Shown: positions 25,353-32,301 of the stretch, in pieces
How the letters are laid out: every line of letters begins with the position of its first letter
Numbering within the stretch: position 1 is the stretch's first letter
Assembly (NCBI GenBank): GCA_963720415.1
Contig: CAVRFQ010000011.1
Span: 16,169 to 80,168 of the forward strand
Direction of reading: 5' to 3'
DNA length: 64,000 nt
Origin: an uncultured Solirubrobacteraceae bacterium
GTDB taxonomy: Bacteria > Actinomycetota > Thermoleophilia > Solirubrobacterales > Solirubrobacteraceae
Program-made: the position numbers and the translations under genes
Notes under the pieces: generated by a model
Seen by the model: the letters and a program-made list of their open reading frames with translations, nothing else
Database searches by the model: none
What the model was told of the DNA's origin: nothing

Positions 25353-26368
25353 TTCAGGCTGACGGAGCGGCCGCTCTCGGCGGCCTCGTACAGCGCTTCG
25401 ATGGCACGGGCCTGGCCGACGGCGTCCCCGCGGCCGAGCATCGGGGCGCGCCCTTCGCGGATCGCGGCCGAGAAGTCCTCGAGCTCGCGCCCGTAGGGAT
25501 CGGTCGCCTCGACCGGCACGTCCTCGCCGTCGCGCGTGACGCGGGGTCTGCCGCCGTGCCAGGGGTCGTACGAGACCAGCGTGCCGCCCTCGCCCACGAC
25601 CTCGATCATGCCGCGCGGCGGCACGTCGAAGCCGCAGTCGAAGACGCCGAGCACGTCACCGTCGAACCGCAGGTTCCCCGTGAAGCGGAAGTCGACCCCG
25701 CCGCCGCCCTCGACCGCCTCGCCGCTCACGCGCAGCGGCTCGCCCGCGAGCAGCCGCAGCGCGCTCACGCAGTAGCAGCCGACGTCCATCAGCGACCCGC
25801 CCTCGAGCTCGCTCTGCCAGCGCACGTTGGCGGGATCGTCGGGGAGCGGGAAGCCGAACGCGGCGCGGACCACGCGCAGCGGCGCGATCTCCCGCGCGAG
25901 GCTGGCGAGCAGCTCCGTCTGCGGGTGGTAGCGCCACATGAACGCCTCCATCAGCAGCCGCCCGGAGCTCTCGGCCGCGTCGAACGCCGCCTCCACGTCG
26001 GCCGCGCGCCGGCTCAGGGGCTTCTCGCACAGCACGTGCTTCCCCGCCTCGACCGCCTTGATCGACCACGGCACGTGCAGCGAGTTGGGCAGCGGGATGT
26101 AGACGGCCTCGACGTCGTCGTCGGCCAGCAGCTCCTCGTAGGAGCCGTGCACGCGGCCGATGCCGTGCTCGGCCGCGAACGCCTCGCCGCGCCCACGATC
26201 GCGCGAGCCCACAGCGACGATCTCCACGTTCGCGGCCGTCCCCGCACCCACCAGCACCTTCTCGGCGATGTGCGCGGTGGAGAGGATGCCCCACCGCACC
26301 GTACCGCCCGGGGGTATGTCCCCCAGGGACATACCCCCAGAGGAGTCGCCCTCCGGGCGACGCCTCAT
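25349..26368 (-). CDS. Gfo/Idh/MocA-family oxidoreductase
   Basis: Tail of ORF 25349..27520: ..TVRWGILSTAHIAEKVLVGAG..VAVGSRD..HVLCEKPLS... ATG 26368 overlaps the permease stop (ATGA). An alternative ATG at 26332 is buried in a hairpin. Confidence 0.85.
   Translation of the reverse strand: MRRRPEGDSSGGMSLGDIPPGGTVRWGILSTAHIAEKVLVGAGTAANVEIVAVGSRDRGRGEAFAAEHGIGRVHGSYEELLADDDVEAVYIPLPNSLHVPWSIKAVEAGKHVLCEKPLSRRAADVEAAFDAAESSGRLLMEAFMWRYHPQTELLASLAREIAPLRVVRAAFGFPLPDDPANVRWQSELEGGSLMDVGCYCVSALRLLAGEPLRVSGEAVEGGGGVDFRFTGNLRFDGDVLGVFDCGFDVPPRGMIEVVGEGGTLVSYDPWHGGRPRVTRDGEDVPVEATDPYGRELEDFSAAIREGRAPMLGRGDAVGQARAIEALYEAAESGRSVSLK
26310..26338. repeat. perfect hairpin GGGGGTATGTCCC-cca-GGGACATACCCCC
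   Basis: 13-bp perfect inverted repeat with a 3-nt loop, read directly. On the minus strand it contains the AUG at 26332. Confidence 0.9.
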
Positions 26369-27603
26369 GCTCGTCCCGACTGCGCGCGCCCGCGCCGCGA
26401 GATCGAGTCCACGGTCACCGCGAGCAGCAGCACGCCGCCGGTGAGCACGAACTTGGTCCCGGACGAGAGGCCGAGCAGGCCGAGCCCGTTGTCGATCGAG
26501 AGCATCACCAGCGCGCCGAGGATCGCGGCCTTCATCGTGCCGCGGCCGCCGAACAGCGAGGTGCCGCCGATGACCGCGGCGGCGATCGGGTACAGCAGCG
26601 CCTGGCCGCCGCCGGTGTTGGTGTCGACCGACCGCAGGCGCGAGGCGAGCACGATGCCGCCCAGCACCGCCATGAACGAGCAGAAGGCGAAGCAGGCGAT
26701 CTTCACGCGGTCGACGTCGATGCCCGCGCGCCGCGCCGCCTCGGCGTTGCCGCCGACGGCGTAGACGTGGCGCCCGAACTTGGTCCGGTTGAGCACGTAG
26801 GTCCAGAACAGGAACAGGCCGCCGACCAGCACGGCCGCGTACGGGATCCCGCGGTCCTGGTTGGCGATCGCGACGACGAGCAGCAGCGCGGCCGCGACGC
26901 CGCCGATGCGCAGCCCCACGATCAGCATCGGATCGTTCTGCAGCCCGGCCTTGGCCCGCGAGCGGTAGCGCACGAGCTGCACGACCGCGTAGATCGCGGA
27001 GAGCACGATCGCGAACACCCACGCGGCGCCCGGCGCGAGGAAGTCGTTGGCGAGCCCGATGACGAAGTCGTTCTGGAGGATGACCGTGCCCTTGCTGCCG
27101 ATCAGCAGCAGCACGACGCCGTTCCAGGCCAGCAGGCCCGCGAGCGTGACCACGAACGACGGGACGCCGACCTTGGTGATGATCAGCCCGTGCAGCGTGC
27201 CGATGCTCAGGCCCGCGCCGAGCACGATGGCGAGCACGACGACGGTCGGCAGCTCGTTGCCGTCCGGCGTGAGCAGGATCGCGGTGAGCACGCCGCCGAC
27301 GCCCGACACGAAGCCGATCGAGAGGTCGATCTCCCCGAGCAGGAGGGCGAACGTGACGCCCATGGCGATGACCGCGTACGGCGCCGTCTGGACGAGCAGG
27401 TTGACGAAGTTGCCCGCCGTCAGGAACCGGTCGTTCTGCGTCTGGAAGACGAGGCAGATGATGATCAGGCCGATGAAGATCGGCAGCGAGCCGAGGTCGC
27501 CGGACCTGACGCCGACCCACCAGCGGCGGGCGTAGGCGGCGACGGTCTGCGTGCCGCCGCCGCCGGACTCGGCGGCGGGCGGCGGGGCGGCCACGGTGCT
27601 CAC
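26365..27603 (-). CDS. sugar ABC transporter permease (XylH/RbsC-type)
   Basis: Tail of ORF 26365..28227: ..LPIFIGLIIICLVFQTQNDRFLTAGNFVNLLVQTAPYAVIAMGVTFALLLGEIDLSIG..GGTSLFGGRG... GTG 27603 overlaps the ATPase stop (GTGA). Confidence 0.9.
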   Translation of the reverse strand: MSTVAAPPPAAESGGGGTQTVAAYARRWWVGVRSGDLGSLPIFIGLIIICLVFQTQNDRFLTAGNFVNLLVQTAPYAVIAMGVTFALLLGEIDLSIGFVSGVGGVLTAILLTPDGNELPTVVVLAIVLGAGLSIGTLHGLIITKVGVPSFVVTLAGLLAWNGVVLLLIGSKGTVILQNDFVIGLANDFLAPGAAWVFAIVLSAIYAVVQLVRYRSRAKAGLQNDPMLIVGLRIGGVAAALLLVVAIANQDRGIPYAAVLVGGLFLFWTYVLNRTKFGRHVYAVGGNAEAARRAGIDVDRVKIACFAFCSFMAVLGGIVLASRLRSVDTNTGGGQALLYPIAAAVIGGTSLFGGRGTMKAAILGALVMLSIDNGLGLLGLSSGTKFVLTGGVLLLAVTVDSISRRGRAQSGRA

Positions 27604-28379
27604 GCGAGCACCTCGGCTTCCTGGCCGGGCACCTTGGACAGCTTGCCGGCGGTGATCGCCTGGACGACCTCCTGCTGGTTGGTCTCGGTGCGCTTGAACT
27701 CGGCCACGTTCTGGCCGAGGCGCAGGACGGTGATCGTGTCGGCCACCTCGAAGATGTCGTGCAGGTTGTGCGAGATGAGGATGACCGCGAGGCCCTGCTC
27801 GCCGAGCCGCTTGACGAGGTCGAGCACCTGGCGCGTCTGCGCCACGCCGAGCGCCGCCGTCGGCTCGTCGAGGATCACCACGCGCGAGTTCCACATCACG
27901 GCCTTGGCGACCGCGACCGACTGCCGCTGGCCGCCGGACAGCCCGGCCACGGTCTGGCGGACCGAGGCGAGCGTGGTCACGGAGAGGCTCTTGAGCGTCT
28001 CCTGCGCCTTGGCCTCCATGGTCGTCTCGTCGAGCCGGCGGGCGCCGTCGATGAGCTCGCGGCCGAGGTACATGTTCTGCACCACGTCGAGGTTGTCGGC
28101 CAGCGCGAGGTCCTGGTAGACGATCTCGATCCCGAGCTTCGCCGAGTCCTTCGGGCCGTGGATGCTGACCGGCTCGCCGTCGAAGACGACGTCGCCCTCG
28201 TCGAACGGGTAGATGCCGGCGATGCACTTGATGAGCGTGGACTTGCCCGCGCCGTTGTCGCCGACCAGGGCCATGACCTCGCCCGGGGCTACGTGGAAGT
28301 CCACCTGGTAGAGGGCCTGGACGGCGCCGAAGCTCTTGGAGACTCCGCGCAGCTCGAGGACCGGGACAGCGTCGTTCAA
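27600..28379 (-). CDS. sugar ABC transporter ATP-binding protein
   Basis: LNDAVPVLELRGVSKSFG..Walker A GDNGAGKST, signature LSGGQRQ, Walker B VVILDEPTAAL. TTG 28379 with GGAGGAG SD 8 nt upstream. Confidence 0.9.
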   Translation of the reverse strand: MNDAVPVLELRGVSKSFGAVQALYQVDFHVAPGEVMALVGDNGAGKSTLIKCIAGIYPFDEGDVVFDGEPVSIHGPKDSAKLGIEIVYQDLALADNLDVVQNMYLGRELIDGARRLDETTMEAKAQETLKSLSVTTLASVRQTVAGLSGGQRQSVAVAKAVMWNSRVVILDEPTAALGVAQTRQVLDLVKRLGEQGLAVILISHNLHDIFEVADTITVLRLGQNVAEFKRTETNQQEVVQAITAGKLSKVPGQEAEVLA

Positions 28380-28443
28380 ATCAGCTTCTCCTCCGGGCGA
28401 GGTGGCGACCCGCCCGCACGAGCGGGCGGGTCTCCATTCTTCA

Positions 28444-29557
28444 CTAGATCCCGAGCTCCTCGCACTTCGCGGCGAGGTCACCGGCGCAGATCTCCTCCTT
28501 CTTCGGGAAGTCCGGCTCCCCGAGGTACTCGCCGATGTTGTCCTTCGTCACCGAGACCGGCTTGAGCAGCACGGACGGGACGTCGATGCTGCCGTTGTTG
28601 ATCGGCACCGTCTCGGCCGTGGGCTCCTCGCCCTTGGCGAGCGCGATCGCGAGCTCGGCGGCAGCGTCGGCCTCGCCCTTGATCGCCTTGTAGACGGTCA
28701 TGCACTGATCGCCGTTGACGATGTTCTGGATGCCCTGCAGCGTGGCGTCCTGACCCGTCACCGGGATCTGGTCGAGCTTGCGCTGCTTGATGGCCGAGAT
28801 CGCCGCGTTGCCGAGGCCGTCGTTGGCCGCGAGCACGCCGTCGATGTTGTTGTCGGCCTTCTGCAGCATCTGCTCGAAGATCGTCAGCGCCCGCTGGTTG
28901 TCCCAGTCCGGCACGGACTCGTCGGCGACCTCGGTCCAGTCACCCGAGTCGAACAGCGGGTTGATGATCGAGTCGTAGCCGTTCTTGAACAGCGTCGCGT
29001 TGTTGTCCGTCGGCGAGCCGTTGAGCACCGCGATCTGCGGATCCTGGGTGCCGGCGGCCTCGATGCAGTCCACGAGGCCCTGGCCCTGGAGCTTGCCGAC
29101 CTCCTCGTTGTCGAACGAGACGTAGTAGCTCGTCGCGTCCGTGTCGAGCGTCAGGCGGTCGTAGTCGATGACCTTGACGTCCTGCGACTTGCGCGTTGGC
29201 CGCGATGGCCGCGCCCGAGCCGGAGTCGAGGTTCACCAGCAGGAGCACGGTCGCCCCGTTGGTGATCGCCTGCTCGGCCTGCTGCTGCTGGGTGGCCTTG
29301 TCGCCCTCCGCGTTCTGGATCTCCGCCTCGACGCCGGCAGCCTCGAACGCCTGCTGGAGGAACGGCCGGTCGACCGTCTCCCAGCGCACCGACGACTTGG
29401 AGTCCGGGAGCAGGACGGCGACCTTGCCGGCCTCCTCGCTACCGCTGGAGGCGCCGCCGCCGCCGCCGGCGTCCTCGTCGTCGTCGCCGCAGCCGGCGAA
29501 CACGAGCGCTCCTGCTGCGGCCATCACCACCGCGATCCGCCATGCCTTGTTCCGCAT
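28444..29557 (-). pseudogene. sugar ABC substrate-binding lipoprotein with apparent frameshift at ~29191-29194
   Basis: N-terminal half in ORF 28940..29557 (lipobox MRNKAWRIAVVMAAAGALVFAGC..KVAVLLPDSKSSVRWE..LLLVNLDSGSGAAIAANA). The remainder is in another frame (..SQDVKVIDYDRLTLDTDATSYYVSFDNEEVGKLQ.. continuing into ORF 28444..29073). Removing 1 nt in GCGC restores the frame. Confidence 0.75.
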
Positions 29558-29600
29558 GGATGTTCCTCCTCCTGGGGGGTTTTGCCTCGATTGGGGTCAT

Positions 29601-30811
29601 TCAGGTCGCCTCTGCCGCGAGGCGGGTCGGGAACGCGCGATCGGCCTCTGAGACCACGAGGGCGATCGCGCCCAGCACCTGTGCCCGCTCCCCGAGCACG
29701 CCCGCCACGACGCCGGCCGCATCCGCGGCCGGAGGCAGCGCGGCGCGCGCGATCGACTCGCGCACGCCGTCCAGCAGCAGGTCACCGGCCGCCGCGAGGT
29801 CGCCGCCGACGACGAGCAGCTCCGGGTTGAGCACGTTGAGCAGCATCGAGACCGCCTGGTCCCGATGGCTCGTCCGGCGTCGGCGATCACCCGCCGGCAG
29901 CCGAGGTCGCCCGCGTGGGCCAGCTCCAGCATCCGTGCAACGCTCACGTCCGCGCCGTGGCTGCGCCGGAGCAGCTCGACCAGCGCGCCGGTGGCCGCCA
30001 GCGTCTCCAGGCACCCGCGGTTGCCGCACCGGCACACGAGGCCCTCGGGGTCCACGAGCAGGTGCCCGAGCTCGCCGGCGAGCCCGGTGCTTCCGCGGTA
30101 CAGGCGCCCGTTGAGGATCAGGCCGGCGCCGATCCCCGAGGCCACCTTGAGGTACACCATGTCGCTCGCGTCGCGAGCGGCGCCGAACGCCGCCTCGGCG
30201 AGGGCGCCGAGGTTCGCGTCGTTGTCGACGAGGATCGGCATGTCGAGCCGGCTGCGCATGGCGGCCACCGCCGGCACGCCGACCCACCCGGGCAGGATCG
30301 CGCCCGAGCCCACCACGCCGTCCTCCTGCCGGATCGGGCCCGGCAGGCCCATCCCGGCTCCGATGACCTGGTTCTCGTCGATGCCCGCCTCGGCGAGCAG
30401 CTCGACGACCAGGTCGGCCGCCGCGTCGAGCCCTTCCTCCGCGGCGTGGTCCGTGTCCAGCGGCACCGCGCGCTCGGCCAGGATCCGCGACGAGAGATCC
30501 GAGACCGCGACGCGCAGGTGGCTGTGGCCGAAGTCGATGCCGACCGCGGCGCCCGCCGACGAGTCGAAGGACAGCAGGATCGGCGGCCGGCCGCCCTGCG
30601 TGCCGTGAGCCGCGCCGAGCTCCGCGCGCTCGACCACCAGGCCGTCGGCCTGAAGGTCGGACACGAGGCTCGACACCGTCGAGCGCGACAGACCCGTCTG
30701 CCGCGCGATCTCGGCGCGCGAGATCAGCCCCTGGTCGCGCAGCACGTGGATCACGCGCAGGCGGTTGAGGCGGCGAAGCGATTCGAGAGATCCGGCACGG
30801 GCCGAGGCCAT
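29601..30811 (-). pseudogene. ROK-family transcriptional regulator with apparent frameshift at ~29859-29863
   Basis: Start ATG 30811: MASARAGSLESLRRLNRLRVIHVLRDQGLISRAEIARQTGLSRSTVSSLVSDL (wHTH), ROK core ..VDNDANLGALAE..CRCGNRGCLET.. up to RVIADAGRAIG. The C-terminus (QAVSMLLNVLNPELLVVGGDLAAAG..) is in the frame of ORF 29601..30287. Confidence 0.75.
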
Positions 30812-30949
30812 GGCGCGGGCATCAGACCTTATGCGGACTTGTTTGTCAAGACTTCGAACGAACTTGGCGGTTCCTAACCGGTATTCGGCGAGAATCCGCC
30901 TTCGTTTGTCTCCCGGCCGAATAAACACCCGTTCCGTCCGGAGCCGGGC

Positions 30950-31075
30950 GTAGCTTGCCGCTCCCCCTGATACCGGGGCGTGGGATGTCAGCGAAGTCCG
31001 GTGAGAGCCCGGCGCTGTGCCGCAACGGTGAAGCCCTCTCGGAGGGATGAGCCCGGTCGACTGCTCCCGCGCGTT
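30950..31075 (+). promoter_or_regulatory. cobalamin (B12) riboswitch upstream of nrdB-nrdA
   Basis: GCGAAGTCCGGTGAGAGCCCGGCGCTGTGCCGCAACGGTGAAG matches the conserved B12-riboswitch core. A CCCTC-tcg-GAGGG hairpin follows, then the B12-box-like GAGCCCGGTCGACTGC. Boundaries are approximate. Confidence 0.7.
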
Positions 31076-31104
31076 GTGTGTCGTCCTCGAGCGAAGGACC
31101 AGCA

Positions 31105-32190
31105 ATGCAGAAGAGCTACACCGTCGGGCACCGCACCTTCGTGCTCGACCAGGCCAAGGCCGAGGCCGCGCTGTCGGCCAAGCGGGTCGTCGGCGGTCGC
31201 GAGACCATGACCTTCAACCTGCTCCCGCTGCGGTACCGGTGGGCGTACGACCTCTACCGGACCATGAAGGCCAACCACTGGGAGCCGGAGGACGTGCCGA
31301 TGCAGCGCGACGTGGAGCAGTGGCGCTCCGCCGGCGCGCTGTCGGACATCGACCGCTGGATCGTCCGCATGGGCATCGGCTACTTCTCCGCCGCCGAGGG
31401 GATCGTCGGCGACAACGTGATCCACGTGGTCCGCGAGCTCGTCACCGCGAGCGAGCTCAAGCTCGTGCTCGGCCGCCACGCGCACGAGGAGAACATCCAC
31501 GCCGACTCGCTGCTCTACATGATCTCCTCGCTGGGGATCGACCCGCACGAGTGCGAGGCGATGTTCGACGGCATCCCGACGATCGTCGCCAAGAACCGCT
31601 TCGTGACCGACGTGTCGCACGCCCTGCGGCGCGACCTGGACATGGACGACCTCGACGCCCGGCGGCTGCTGGCCCGCAACGTGTTCGTCTTCGGCCAGTG
31701 CATGGAGGGCACGCAGTTCTACGGCCTGTTCGGGATGATCCTCTCGCTCTACCGGCAGGGGAAGCTGCCGGGCATCGGGACGATGTTCCGCTACACGCTG
31801 CGGGACGAGTCCAACCACATCGAGCTGTTCCGCCGGCTCCTGCGCGAGCTGGTCGCCGAGACGCCCGGGCTCTGGACCGAGGACTTCCGCGAGGAGCTGC
31901 GGGACCTGATGCGCGAGGCCGTCGCGCTCGAGCACGCGTTCATCGAGGACTGCCTGCCGGTCGAGGCCGTCGGGCTCTCGCGCGAGGACTTCTCGCGGTA
32001 CATCGACTACATCGCCGACCGCCGGCTCGACGCCGCCGGCCTCGAGCCGCTGCACGGCGGCATCGAGAACCCGCTGCCGTGGCTGGCCGAGCTGATGGAC
32101 GTCCGGCGCGAGCAGAACTTCTTCGAGGGGCGGGTCACCGAGTACCAGCAGGCCGCCGCCCTCGCCGCCGTCGCCGACGAGGAGCTCTAG
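31105..32190 (+). CDS. nrdB: ribonucleoside-diphosphate reductase beta subunit (R2, class I)
   Basis: MQKSYTVGHRTFVLDQ..NHWEPEDV..AAEGIVGDN..HEENIHADS..CMEGTQFY..RDESNHIELF (di-iron ligand pattern). AAGGA SD upstream of ATG 31105. Confidence 0.9.
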   Translation: MQKSYTVGHRTFVLDQAKAEAALSAKRVVGGRETMTFNLLPLRYRWAYDLYRTMKANHWEPEDVPMQRDVEQWRSAGALSDIDRWIVRMGIGYFSAAEGIVGDNVIHVVRELVTASELKLVLGRHAHEENIHADSLLYMISSLGIDPHECEAMFDGIPTIVAKNRFVTDVSHALRRDLDMDDLDARRLLARNVFVFGQCMEGTQFYGLFGMILSLYRQGKLPGIGTMFRYTLRDESNHIELFRRLLRELVAETPGLWTEDFREELRDLMREAVALEHAFIEDCLPVEAVGLSREDFSRYIDYIADRRLDAAGLEPLHGGIENPLPWLAELMDVRREQNFFEGRVTEYQQAAALAAVADEEL

Positions 32191-32301
32191 CCATGCTCGT
32201 GGATCGCGCCGAGGTCGTGTTCGACGCCGAGCTCAAGCGCGCCGCCCTGGCGCGCGGGCCGCTGCCGGTGGGCGACGCCGCCCGCCCTCGTCGCCGACGC
32301 C

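Noticed and set aside
25349-28227. ORFs 25349..27520 (723 aa) and 26365..28227 (620 aa) as single large proteins
   Set aside because: Each reads through from the real downstream gene into an out-of-frame shadow of the upstream gene. The real starts are at the ATGA/GTGA overlaps (26368, 27603).
30812-30949. Operator for the ROK regulator in the lower-G+C region upstream of its start (TTTGTC repeats, GGCGGTTCC/GAATCCGCC partial inverted repeat)
   Set aside because: The repeats are short and imperfect. I could not define a convincing palindrome, so it is not reported as a feature.
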